Origin: Squalus acanthias
Lineage: Eukaryota
Direction: 5' to 3'
Length of the DNA: 64,000 bases
NCBI GenBank assembly: GCA_030390025.1
Contig: CM059432.1
Coordinates: 2,604,001 to 2,668,000 of the forward strand
The position numbers and the translations under genes are program-made. Shown in pieces: positions 51,620-64,000 of the stretch; positions within the stretch are counted from its first letter, which is position 1, and every line of letters begins with the position of its first letter. Below the pieces are notes generated by a model that was not told the origin of the DNA, ran no database searches, and saw only the letters and a list, made by a program, of their open reading frames with translations.

Positions 51620-54600
51620 GTGAGATTTGCTTACCTTCAACATTATGCAGCTCTGTTTTTTTTGATACCTTTTCAACAAATAAATAATTCTAACTGAACA
51701 GGACTGTGGGGTATAAGAAGCTGTCTGAAATCTTCTCTGTGTGGGCGAGCGACTGATGCTTGTGTACAAAAGCTGTGTTTTAATATTTGGGGTATGCAAT
51801 ACCTACTGAGCAAATGTTTACTCACCAAACAAAACAGGAGAATGTCGTTGTGTATTGGGAGCTCGAGTTGATGCATAAACTATCCTCTCTAAGATTCAGA
51901 GGGGGATTGATAGGGTAGATGCTGAGAGGTTGTTTCCCCTGGCTGGAGAGTCTAGAACTAGGGGGCACAGTCTCAGGATAGATGAGGAGGAATTTCTTCA
52001 CTCAGAGGGTTGTGAATCTTTGGAATTCTCTACCCCCAAGGGCCCTGGATGCTGAGTCTTTGAGTATATTCAAGGCTGAGATCGATAGATTTTTGAACTC
52101 TCGGGGAATCAAGGGATATGGAGATCGGGCAGGAAAGTGGAGTTGAGGTCGAAGATCAGCCATGATCTTATTGAATGGCGGAGCAGGCTCGAGGGGCCGT
52201 GTGGCCGACTCCTGCTCCTAATTCTTGGGTTCTTAACTGCAGGTGGAACTAAGGTTTTTTTTTTATTCGTTCATGGGATGTGGGCATCGCTGGCAAGGCC
52301 AGCATTTATTGCCCATCCCTAGTTGCCCTTGAAAAGGTGGTTCTGCAGTCCGTGTGGTGAAGGTGCTCCCACAGTGCTGTTGGGGAGGGAGTTCCAGGAT
52401 TTTGACCCAGCGACGATGAAGGAATAGCGATATATTTCCAAGTTAGGATGGTGTGTGACTTGGAGGGTAACTTGGAGGTGGTGGTGCTCCCATGTGCCTG
52501 CTGCCCTTGTCCTTCCAGGTGGTAGAGATCGTGAGTTTGGGAGGTGCTGCCGAAGAAGCCTTGGCGAGTTGCTGCAGTGAAAATGAATTCAGCCAGTGAG
52601 GAACCAGATTTCCGAATGGTACTCTTTCACTTGAGGAAGTGGTCTTGTATCCAGGTTGCAGTCCAGAAGACACGGAGGCAAATTCCTGCTGATTTCAATG
52701 AGATCTTGCAAATTAGGAGGAAGTGGCAGGATTGAAATGTAATGTTTTTTGCCAATATGAAAAGCTGGGCAAATACAAGTCCGTTCAAAAGAGCCAGAGG
52801 GGAGATGAAACATTTTTTTTACACAGCGAGTTGTTGTGATCTGGAACGCGCTGCCTGAAAGGGCGGTGGAAGCAGATTCAATAGTAACTTTCAAAAGGGA
52901 ATTGTAATATATATATATATATAGATAGATAGATAGATAGATATTTGCAGATTGGAAAAGCTTTTTCAAAGAGGCTCGATGGGCTGAATGGCCTGTTGTA
53001 TGATTAATTGTCTCAAGTACAGCATCACAAAGCCTTTGCAACTCACGGGTACAGCATGTGTGGTCCATAATAGGGCGTTGTCACACAGTTGGGATAAGTT
53101 TGGAGGCCAAGGAGAAGAGTTCATCTTTGCAGAGGGAATGTTTGCGTTGGGGGCAGTACGGTGAATGACACTGTAAAATGCATGTTATCCCTTTGCGCTA
53201 CACCGCCCTCTAAATTCTAATTTTTTGAGAAGGGAAATAATTTTTCAAAGCTGGCCTTAGAGAAAACAGCACAAACAGGCCATTCAGCCCAGCTGGTCCG
53301 TGCTGGTGTTTCTGCTCCACAAGAGCCTCCCCCGCCCCTTTTCAACTCACCCGATCAACATATCCTTCTATTCCCTTCTCCCTTGTGCACATATCTAGCT
53401 TCCCCTTAAATGTATCTATACTATTCGCCTCAACCACTCCCTGTGGTAGCGAGTTCCACATTCTCACCACTCTCTGGGGAAAGAAGTTTCTCCTGAATTC
53501 CCTATTGGATTTATTAGTGACTGTCTTATATTTATGGCCCCTAGTTTTGGACTCTTTCCCCCACAAGTGGAAACATCTTCTCTGTCTCTACCCGATCAAA
53601 CCCTTTCATAATTTTAAAGACATCTATCAGGTCTCCCCTCAGTCTTCTCTTTTCTAGAGAAGAGTCCCACCATGTTCCATCCTTCTTGATTGGTATAACC
53701 TCTCAGTTCTGGTGTTGTCTTTGTAAATCTTCAGTGGGGTTCATGCAATTGAATCTGATTCACTCCAAGGTAAAATCTTGTGCCGAGTGAGTGTGATTTG
53801 TGGCCATGTGCTGAATTTTGCACTTTACGAGTAGAAAATAGTTTTTAAAAACTTGTCACAAGTGTGCCTAATTGGTCATAGAATGATTACAGCACAGAAG
53901 GAGGCTATTCGGCCCGTCGAGCCCGTGCCGGCTCTCTGCAAGAGCACCTCAGCCAGTCCCACTCCCCGTAGCCCTACAATTTTTTTTTCCTTCAGGTTCT
54001 TATCCAATTCCCTTTTGAAAGCCATGATTGAATCTGCCGCCACCGCCCTTTCAGGCAGTGCATTCCAGATCCTAACCACTCGCTGCGTAAAAAGGTTTTT
54101 CCTCATGTCGCCTTTGGTTCTTCTGCCAATCACCTTAAATCTGTCCCCTCTGGTTCTCAACCCTTCCGCCAATGGGAACCGTTTCTCTCTCTCTACTCTG
54201 TCTAGACCCCTCATGATTTTGAACACCTCCATCAAATCTCCTCTCGACCTTCTGTGCTCCAAGGGGAACAATCCCAGCTTCTCCAGTCTATCCACGTAAC
54301 TGAAGGCATAGAGTCATAAAGGCACAGAAGGAGGCCATTCGGCCCATCGAGTCCATGCCAGCTCTCTGCAGAGCAATCGAGTCAGTCCCATTCCCCCGCT
54401 CTATCCCTGTAGCCCTGCAAGTTTATTTCCCTCAAGTGCCTATCCAGTCTCCCCTTGAAAACATTGAGTGTCTCCGTTTCCACCACTTTCGTCGGTAGCG
54501 AGTTCCAGGTCCCCACCACTCGCTGCGTAACAAAGATTTTCCTCACATCCCCCCTGTATCTCTTGCCCAAAACCTTAAATCTGTGTCCCCCAGTCCTTGT

Positions 54601-56723
54601 ACCATCAACTAGTGGGAACAGCCTTTCCCTGCCTAGCCTATCCAAACCCGTCATAATCTTGTACACTTTTATCAAATCACCCCGCAACCTCCTTTGCTCT
54701 AATGAAAACAAATCCAGCTTCTCCAGTCCCTCATCCGTGGAACCATCCCTGTTCCAATAAAACTTTTTTGTGGTTTTGCGAGAACGCTGGGAACAGGAAG
54801 TCACTAAAAAAAAATCTAAATATCAAAACCAAATGCATTTATAGTGTTAGCTCAGTGAGATAATTTAGAATTTCCTGCTTCTGCATTTGACAATTTCTCC
54901 AGCCATTCATTTTAATTTTGGGCAGGACAACAGTGTTAATAAATGATTCTGGAATTTTAGAAATCTTGTAATGTAGGGGACTGTTTACTTTATATCTACA
55001 GCAAATAGTGTGTGCATAAAATTAAAGCAAGTTGCTTTCGATGCTATTAGTTATCAACATTGCAATGCAGAAAAACTGATTTAGATATTGACTGCATACA
55101 GTTCTGGTACAACATTGTAGGAAAGATGTGATTGCACTGGAGAGGGTACAGAGGAGATTTACGAGGATGTTGCCAGGACTGGAGAATTTTAGTTGAGGAA
55201 AGATTGGATAGGCTGGGGTTGTTTTCTTTGGAACAGAGGAATTGAGGTGTATAAAATTATGAGGGGCCTAGATAGAGTGGATAGGAAGGACCTATTTCCC
55301 TTAGCAACGAGGTCAATAACCAGGGGGCATAGATTTCAAGTCATTGGTAAATGGATTAGAGGAGAGTCGAGGAGAACTTTTTTCACCCAGAGGGTGGTGG
55401 GGGTCTGGAACTCACTACCTGAAAGGGTGGTAGAGGCAGAAACCCTCATCGCATTTAAAAAGTACTTGGATATGCACTTGAAGTGCTGTAACCTGCAAGG
55501 CTATAGACCAGGAGCTGGAAAATGGGATTAGGCTGGACAGCTCTTTTTCGACCGCCATGGACACGATGGGCCGAATGGCCTCCTTCTGTGCCATAAACTT
55601 CTGATTCTAAATAGGAAGGTACATAGCAACAGGGGAAGGCCATTAAGCCCTTCGAGCCTGTTCCGCCATTCAATTTGATTGTGGCTGATCTGTATCTTAA
55701 CTCTATCTACCCGCCTTGGTTCCATAACTCTTAACAGCCTTGCCGAACAGAAATCTATCAAACTCGGTTTTAAAGTTTTTCCATTGACTTGTCTGGGAAC
55801 CTTCCAATCCTGTGAAATTTGTGTTTAGAGTATTAAACAAGAACGAAAGACTTGTATTTCTGTAGCACCTTTCACAACCTCGGGATGTCCCAAAGTGCTT
55901 TACACTTCAAAAGTACTTCATTGGCTGTAGTCACTGTTGTAATGTAAACTTGCACATCAGTTCAGAAATTTGGCTGTGGTGTTGTCTTCAATGCTCGGCC
56001 CCCAATCTAACTTGTAAATCTGCTATATGTAGGAGGCCTGAATAAACTCGACTTTTATGGAAGCTACTTCATCCCATGTCAAACATTCAGAACGATTTGC
56101 AGATTTTGTGCTGCATTGCACAGGCTCTGTCAGCCGTGGCACCCTCTGAGTCAGAAGGTTGTGGGTTCAAGTCCCACTCCAGAGACTTGAGCACAGAAAT
56201 CTAGGCTGACTCTCCCAGTGCAATGCTGAGGGAGCGCTGCACTGTCGGAGGTGCCGTCTTTCAGATGAGACGTTAAAGAGGCCCCGTCTGCTCTCTCAGG
56301 TGGACGTAAAAGATCCCGTGGCACTATTTTGAAGAATAGGTGTCCTGGCCAATATTTATCCTTCAATCAACATCACTAAAACAGATTATCTAGTCATTAT
56401 CACATTGCTGTTTTGTGGGAACTTGCTGTGCGCAAATTGGCTGCTGCGTTTCCCGCATTACAACAGTGACTACACTTCAAAGGTACTTCATTGGCTGTAG
56501 AGCGCTTTGGGACGTCCTGAGGTCGTGAAAGGCGCTATAGAAATGCAAGTCTTTCTTTGATTTTGCTGGTACTTGGCTGCTGTCGGACTCCAAATCTCAA
56601 TTATCCTCCTTCAGCATTCTTGTTAAAATAAATCTAGATCTGAACCAAGTTTTATGGTCAACTTATCTCAACCTCCTAAGAAACGAATGTTTTAATTTTG
56701 GAATGTAATCTATTTTCCTTCAG

Positions 56724-56813
56724 GATGGCAAGATGGAAGCAGAGGAATTCACGAACCAGTTATACAAAGAACTCAAGTCTTCACCACAGCCTTACCTTGT
56801 GCCTTTTCTCAAG
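56724..56813 (+). CDS. TAF4B: TAF4B exon 6 (TAFH domain)
   Basis: cttcag|GATGGC...CTCAAG|gtaacc; DGKMEAEEFTNQLYKELKSSPQPYLVPFLK. Confidence 0.93.
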
Positions 56814-57748
56814 GTAACCGTTGCATTACATTGCTATAATGTGCAGCTTTTAAAGCTTGCAAACATTATTGTGCACTTGCACCAGCACCTCTGCATGGGT
56901 GGAAAGCAGTTTTCACTGTACATCAATCTTAAGGTGATTGGCAAAAGAACCAGAGGTGACGTGAGGAACAACTTTCTGACGCAACGAGTGGTTAGGATTT
57001 GGAATGCGCTGCCTGATAGGGCGGTGGCTACAGATTCAATAGTAGCCTTCAAAAGGGAATTGGATAAATACTTGAAGGAGAAAAAAATTGCAGGGATATG
57101 GGGAAAGAGCCAGGACTAACTGGATTGCTCTTCGAAAGAGCCGGCATGGAATGAATGGCCTCCTTCTGTGCTGCACTGTTCTATGATTGGGAGACTGCAG
57201 AGGGAACTGAGGCCATGAGGTGTGTTGTCCTCTCCAGAAGGCTCTGTCCTTGTGGTTTGAGTTGCGTAGAGCGCAATATAATTCCAGCCTTACTAAGAAT
57301 TGGGTCAATAAGACAGACCATCCCTTGACACATCGTTGTAGGGTCATTCATTTGCTAATTGTCAAGCAGTTTCACTGCATGGAACGTTGATGTAGTTGGA
57401 TTGATATGAAATGTGAAACAACATTAACTTGTTAATTGAGGGATAAATATTGGCCCAGGACACCAGGGAGAACTCCTCTTCGAAATAGTGCCACGGGATC
57501 TTTTACGTCAACCTGAGAGGGCAGACGGGGCCTCGGTTTAACGTCTCATCCAAAAGGCGACAGCTCCGACAGTGCCGCACTCCCTCAGTACTGCACTGGA
57601 GTGTCAACCTAGATTTTTGTGCTCAAGTCTCTGGAGTGGGACTTGAACCCACAACCTTCTGACTCAGAGGCGAGAGTGCTGCCCACTGAGCCACGGCTGA
57701 CATTGGCCCAGGTTTCCTTCTCTAAAGGACATTAGTGAACCTGTTGGG

Positions 57749-57794
<46 letters not shown>

Positions 57795-58609
57795 CGGTGG
57801 GTGCCTTTGTTTTGAAAATAATATAGTGCTTCAGTACCTGTTCAGAGCCACTGGAGAGCACTGTTTGCACAGCTCACTGAGTGGTGCAAATCCAGTACTG
57901 CAACATGGTAATAGGAAAACGTTCCTTTGTTTAAAATGCTGGGGGACGTATACCTCCAAATTTGCCATCTGTTTTCTGTTCCTGCAGTTGAGGCAGGCTA
58001 TGCACTTAAATGGGGTTCGGTATGAGAGTGAGAAAATTAAAAATAAAAACTATACTTTTACATCTCATCAAAAGACTTTCTCTGAATGTGAAAATGTGGC
58101 TATAGATTCGGAGAGGTAAGAAGTGCAAGGCAGTGTAGCATAAATGTACATTTGTAAACTTTACTTCTGCATTAAAACAAAAACACATTTTTAAATGTAA
58201 TCACCTAAGGATTTAATTTGGCTTTTTTAATTTTAAATGGGCATCCCCTTCCAGCGTTGGCGACTGTATATCTTGGTGTGCAGTTGTTGTGGGTGAACTC
58301 TACAATTTGTGAGTTTAAATGGTGAGAGCTCTCGAACAGGAAATGCTGGAGGTCGTTTGGCCTGTGGTGTGACTGGATTGGCTAAAGAATGAAATGAATA
58401 TATCTGTTGGGGTGGAGTATTGACATTGTTTTGATAATCCTAATTTCTATTATACTTGAAGGTGGGGCTAGATGGGTCCTGCAATACTCTTCTAATGCCA
58501 AGGTTTTATTCAGTAATAGTTTACCAGCCTCCCATTGCCCACTCCGAATCTAAGCCTGCCTGGTTTTCCATTTGATGAGTCTGAGTTCAGGCCTGGGATT
58601 ACACAGATC

Positions 58610-58769
58610 CATTGTTCCCTGTAATTTTTTTGGGTGCGCGGGCCCTTTAACTGGCCGTGCAGACCATCATTTTTTGCGCGTGTGTGGTTATTACCATTGT
58701 AAAGCCGGTGAGCGGCCTGCGCGGGACCTCCAGACCGCTGCACGGCCGCGCTGCTTAACTGGAACATTG
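58610..58769. mobile_element. hAT-type MITE (another degenerate copy at about 45639-45787)
   Basis: CATTGTTCC...GGAACATTG; TSD CACAGATC/CACAGAAG; body similar to 16084-16228. Confidence 0.7.
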
Positions 58770-60000
58770 CACAGAAGTATAGCGCAGGCAGTATGGTCTG
58801 TGCCGGCGTTTCTGCTCCACACGAGCCTCCTCCCACCCCTCTTCATCTCACCCCATCAGCATATCCCATTCCTTTCTCTCTCGCCTCAAACGCTCCCATG
58901 TGGTAGTGTTCCACGGTGATGGTTGTTAGCAGTCTGCTGACACAACGGTTACATCGTATTTCCGCACCCAAGCTTGGAACAGCTGTAGAACATGATGAGC
59001 TGCTGTCATCTGAGACTCGGTTTCTTTGCTCATCTAACGGATGACAATTGAATAACCATGAAGTTTCTGCAGCTGCGTGTTGGGTGTTGTGTTGCAGTTG
59101 TTGAGGAAGTTTATAGTTCTGTTCACCTATCTTGGCTGGAGTTAATTGGAATTGCATAGAATGATATCTAACCTACGGCACAGAAACAGGCCATTTGGCA
59201 CAACCAGTCCATGCCGGTGTTTATGCTCCACTCGAGCTTCCTCATCTAACTTTATCAGCATAACCCTCTATTCCCTTCTCCCTCATATGCTTATCTAGAC
59301 TCCCCTTAAATGCATCTATACTATTGGCTTCAACCACTCCCTGTGGTAGCGAGTTCCACATTCTCCCCACTCTCTGGGTAAAGAAGTTTCTTCTGAATTC
59401 CCCATTGGATTTCTTGGTGACTATCTTATATTGATGGCCTCTAGTTTTGCTCTTTCCCACAAATGGAAACACTCTCTCTGTATCCACTCTATCAAAACCT
59501 TTCAAAATTTTAAAGACCTCTATTGGGTCGCCCCTTCAGCCTTTTTTCCAGAGAAAAGAGACCCAGCCTGTTCATCCTTTCCTGATGGGTCTAACCTCAC
59601 AGTTCTGATATCATTCTTGTAAATCTTTTTTGCACCCTGTCCAGTGCCTCCTTTTATCCTTTTTTTATAATTTTTTTTTATTATTCGTTCCGGGATGTGA
59701 GCGTCGCTGGCTTTTTATAATATGGCGACCAGAACTGCACACAGTACTCCCAAGTGTGGTCCAACCAAGGTTCGCTACAAGTTTAACACAACTTTTCTAC
59801 TTTCCAATTCTATCCTTCTCGAAGTAAACCCCAGTGCTTGGTTTACTTTTGTTATGGCCTTGGATCCTGGGAAAGGGATCTATTTTAAGATAGAAGATTG
59901 AGTTAATGCTAAAAGGATTCAATTCTAAAGTCATTCATGATTTTCTGCAGTGATTTCGGGGAAAGACATATTTTTTTTTTGTATTTTTTTCCCACCCTAG

Positions 60001-60210
60001 CGAAGTTTACCTGCCTTGCGGAAGTTGATGCCGAACTCCCAGGCTTTCATTCAACAGTGCCTACAGAAATCTGCAACGCCAGCTGCTCCCCTTGCAGCTG
60101 CGTCTGGAGCATCGAAACCACCCACCCTGGGGCAGGCTACAAGGACCATCACAGTAACTAGTGCTTCACCACAGGCAAAACTCCTGCAGACCTTGCCTTC
60201 AGCACAGATG
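60001..60210 (+). CDS. TAF4B: TAF4B exon 7
   Basis: ccctag|CGAAGT...CAGATG|gtaagg; RSLPALRKLMPNSQAFIQQCLQK..., where PNSQxFIQQC is TAF4B-like. Confidence 0.9.
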
Positions 60211-60702
60211 GTAAGGAATAACCGCATTGCTGTTGCACCGCAGCGCCTGCATAGGCCTGTGCAATCGTAGGGAAGGCACAAGTAGGATTATATGGACCTA
60301 GGAGACACAAATTTCATTTCATATCTTTCAAGGTAATTGATAAAAGAACCAGAGGGGGGAGAAGAGGAGCGTTTGGTCTTTACGCGGCGAGTTGTTGTGA
60401 TCTGGAATGCGCTGCCTGAAAGGGCGGTGGAAGCAGATTCAATAGTAACTTTCAAAAGGGGAATTGGATAAATATTTGAAAAGGAGAAATTTACGTGCTA
60501 TGGGGAAAGAGCAGGGGTGAGGGGAGTGGGACTAATTGGAGTGCTCTTTCAAAGAGCCGGCACAGGGACGACGGGCCGCATGGCCGCCTCCTGTGTTGGA
60601 TGGTTCTATCTTTGTGTAAAGTAATCAATGACAAATTTTTAAATCTGTGCAATTTTATGCAAGATTAATATCGAGCAAAATAAAAACTAATATAGAGTAT
60701 TT

Positions 60703-61595
60703 GGGGTAAAAATTCATTTGGTTGCGCCTCCCGTTAGCGCCTTAAGAGGGCGCTAATGGGGCGCAAAGCCGCTAACGCCCGGGCGCAGCGATGTTTGCGC
60801 CGCTCGAGAACTTAACTTGAGATTGTGCGGCGGCGCTAAAACTTACCGCTGCGACCACCTGCGCGCGCAGATTGTGACGTCATTCCATGGTGCAACGCCC
60901 TTGTGGCGCCCCGTAGCAGAAATTGAGTGGCGCCCCCTGCCTTACCGCCTGGCGCTTCCAACGACCAGAAGACTGGAACGCTATCAATCGGTGTGGGGCT
61001 GGGGGGGGGCGCTATTTAAAGGGGGCCTCTTCCTGTCTTTTATTGTTGGTGGCATTTTTGAACTACGCATTCTGAGAGAGAGAGGGAGAGACTTCTGGAG
61101 AGATTCAATGTTGTGTGAAGGAGTTTTGGGTACTGAGCAGCACTTTGCAGGTTCATTTTGATTTGCCATTCCTTGTATCGATTTAGCAGAGACTGTGGGA
61201 GCTGCACTCTGAGCTCTTTGCCTGGTACTCTCCATTGTACTTTCCAGCACATTTGATGTGCAAGTCTCTCCAGGCCGAGATTCAAGGCTGCAATGAACAG
61301 GATGTGGATGGAAAGCAAGATTAACCATCCCCTTTAAGAACTGGCCCGTGCCATTGTGTGTGTGTTCCATTGCTGACTGACATTACATGAGCTTCGCCAG
61401 CGCTCCGAGTTAGCGCCTCACTGCTCGCCCTTTGCGCCTTAAGAGAGGTGTGCAGCGCCTGCTTTAGCGCTCCACTCACCTCCCGGGGCGGTAAAAGTGA
61501 AGTTTCCTGTCAGTGCCGATAATTAGCGCCAGGCGCTAATATTTGCGTCCGGACGATATTTGCGCCCCAAATGGGGCGCGACCTAATTTCTACCC
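60703..61595. mobile_element. Non-autonomous DNA transposon (PIF/Harbinger-like); related fragment at about 14640-15073
   Basis: Ends GGGGTAAAAATT / AATTTCTACCCC with GC-rich subterminal TTAGCGCC repeats; 15035-15073 resembles the reverse complement of its left end. Confidence 0.6.
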
Positions 61596-61744
61596 CTATG
61601 TGTTGTTTTAAGAAAAGATGTGATTATTGTGCCAGGCAATGGGAATGGAGTTTTGGATTAAGGCGTTATATAAGGAAACTTACTGCACAGCAGCCGAAGC
61701 GAGTATGTAACTTTGCTCTTGCTTTCCTCTTCAGTGTACTGAAA

Positions 61745-63250
61745 GGATATACTTGCCATTGGGGGAGTGCAGCGAAGGTTCACCAGACTGATTCCTGGGA
61801 TGGCAGGACTGTCGTATGAGGAGAGATTGGGTCGACTAGGCCTGTATTCACTAGAGTTTAGAAGAATGAGAGGGGTTCGCATTGAAACGTATAAAATTCT
61901 GACAGGGTTAGACAGACTGGATGCAGGGAGGATGTTTCCCCTGGCTGAACGAGGAGTCACAGTCTCAGGATACGGGGTAGGACATTTAGGACTGAGATGA
62001 GGAAAAATTTCTTCACTCAGAGGGTGGTGAACCTGTGGAATTCTCTACCACAGCAGGCTGTGGAGGCCAAGTCACTGAATATATTTAAGAAGGAGATAGA
62101 TAGATTTCTAGATGCAAAAGGCATCAAGGGGTATAGGGAGAGAGCGGGAATATGGTATTGAGATAGAGGATCAGCCGTGATCATATAAGAACATAAGAAA
62201 TAGGAGCAGGAATAGGCCACTTGGCCCCTCGAGCCTGCTCCGCCATTCAATAAGATCATGGCTGATCTTGGGCTCAAAGCCACTTCCCCGCCTGCTCCCC
62301 ATAACCCTTCACTCCCTTATCTTGCAAAAATCTGTCTATCTCCACCTTAACTGTATTTAATGACCCAGCCTCCACAGCTCTCTGGGGCAGAGAATTCCAC
62401 AGATTTACGACCCTCAGAGAAGAAATTCCTCCTCATCTCAGTTCTAAAAGGGCGGCCCTTTATTCTAAAACTGTGCCCCCGTGTTCTAGATTTCCCCACG
62501 AGGGGAAACACCCTCTCTGCATCTACCTTGTCGAGCCCCCTCATTATCTTATGTTTCAATAAGATCACCTCTCATTCTTCTAAATTCCAATGAGTATAGG
62601 CCCAGCCTGCTCAACCTTTCCTCATAATTCAATCCCCTCATCTCTGGAATTAACCTAGTGAATTGTCTCTGAACTGCCTCCAATGTAAGTATATCCTTCC
62701 TTAAATAAGGAGACCAAAACTCTACGCAGTACTCAAAGTGTGGTCTCACCAATACCCTGTACAGTTGTAGCAGAACTTCCCTGCTTTTATACTCCAACCC
62801 CTTGGAAATAAAGGCCAACATTCCATTTGCCTTTTTGATTATTTGCTGTACCTGCATGCTAACTTTTTGTGTTTCATGCACAAGGACCCCCAGGTCCCTC
62901 TGAACTGTAGCATTTTGTAAAATCTCCATTTAAATAATTTGCTTTTTTATTTTTCCTTCCAAAGTGTATAACCTCGCACTTTCCCACATTATACTCCATC
63001 TACCAAATGTTTGCCCACTCACTTAGCCTGTCTATATCTCTTTACAGGTTCTTTGAGTCCTCTGCACAACTTGCTTCCCCACCCATCTTTGTATCATCCG
63101 CAAACTTGGCTCCGTTACACTCGGTCCCTTCATCCAAGTCATTAATGTAGATTGTAAATAGTTGAGGCCCCAGCACCGATCCCTGTGGCACCCCACTAGT
63201 TATCCAACCGGAAAATGACCCATTTATCCCGACTCTCTGCTTTCTGTTAT
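61745..63250. mobile_element. Two CR1 3' portions, tail to tail (+ 61745-62180; - 62185-63250)
   Basis: QRRFTRLIPG...RRMRG on +; QRDLGVLVH...RPHFEYC on -. Confidence 0.8.
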
Positions 63251-63359
63251 AGAATGGCGGAGCAGGTTCGAAGGGCCGAATGGCCTATTCCTGCTCCTAT
63301 TTTTCTATGTTTCTACTCCACTTGTTGTCAATTCTTGTCATGATCTGATTCACTTGCAG

Positions 63360-63495
63360 GTCGTCCAACAGTCCGGAGTACTTGTAAAGCCACAAGGAAG
63401 CACGCTGCCAAGGACTCAGACAGTGACTTTGCAAAGACCCCCAAACCATATCACTCTGCCTGTATCTCAAATCCAGGTCAAAGCAGTTCAAGGAG
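63360..63495 (+). CDS. TAF4B: TAF4B exon 8 (gene continues beyond window)
   Basis: ttgcag|GTCGTC...GGAG|gtaagg; VVQQSGVLVKPQGSTLPRTQTVTLQRPPNHITLPVSQIQVKAVQG, compare TAF4 VIQQP..GALIRPPQVTLTQTPMVALRQPHNRI. Confidence 0.8.
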
Positions 63496-64000
63496 GTAAG
63501 GGCACGTGCAAAACGGGTTTCCTAATTTGCCAAATAACGACATGGATTTTGGTTGGCGGAGGTGTCCTGTTTATCACATTATCGAGTGAAGAAAAAAAAG
63601 TCACGCATTCTTGAGCTGTTTCTGCTGGCTAGGTATAGCACTGTTCAGAGCCACAAGTGCTGTGTTTTTTTTAACTTGAGTCGGTGGGGGGGCGGGGGGA
63701 ATAAAATGAAGGCTATATGCTTCCTCCATGATTGAGTGGTCCTTTAGTGCACCCACTCACATGTCAAAAAAACGACTTGTATTTCTATAGCGCCTTTCAC
63801 GGCCACCGGATGTTCCAAAGCTCTTTACAGCCAATTAAGTACTTTTTTACTGTTGTAATGTAGAAAACGCAGCAAGGCAGTTTGCAAACAGCAAGCTCTC
63901 ACTAACAGCAACGTGCTAATGACCAGATCATATGCTTTTAGTGATGTTGACTGAGGGATCAATATTGACCAGGACACTGGGGATAACTCCCCTGCTCTTC

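Noticed and set aside
57750..57795. Long poly-G/poly-C runs (also about 49559-49598, 6385-6410, 14650-14670) as G-quadruplex elements
   Set aside because: Homopolymer length is unreliable in assemblies, and there is no supporting context.

Overview
Repeat-rich vertebrate genomic DNA, most likely a cartilaginous fish (shark-type Deu-domain SINEs; CR1, L2 and RTE LINEs; Penelope-like elements). Three spliced genes can be read from the sequence. SS18 lies on the minus strand (coding exons 1-2; the rest is off the left edge). A complete 7-exon proteasome alpha-4 gene of the PSMA8 type lies on + (250 aa, head-to-head with SS18). Coding exons 1-8 of a TAF4-family gene lie on + and are called TAF4B by synteny; the gene runs off the right edge. 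Most long ORFs in the supplied track are artefacts of tandem repeats. The main non-coding observations are: (1) short palindromic Penelope-derived elements of two families that carry minimal hammerhead ribozyme motifs on both strands, with compensatory changes and target-site duplications; (2) a canonical box C/D kink-turn hairpin on the SS18 sense strand, inside a candidate stop-containing cassette exon, with a competing alternative fold; (3) phased arrays of NRF1-type GCGCATGCGC sites at the PSMA8 and TAF4B promoters; (4) a different tandem array at the start of intron 1 in each of the three genes. Repeat boundaries are approximate and were read by eye. Homology calls rest on recalled protein sequences, not database searches.
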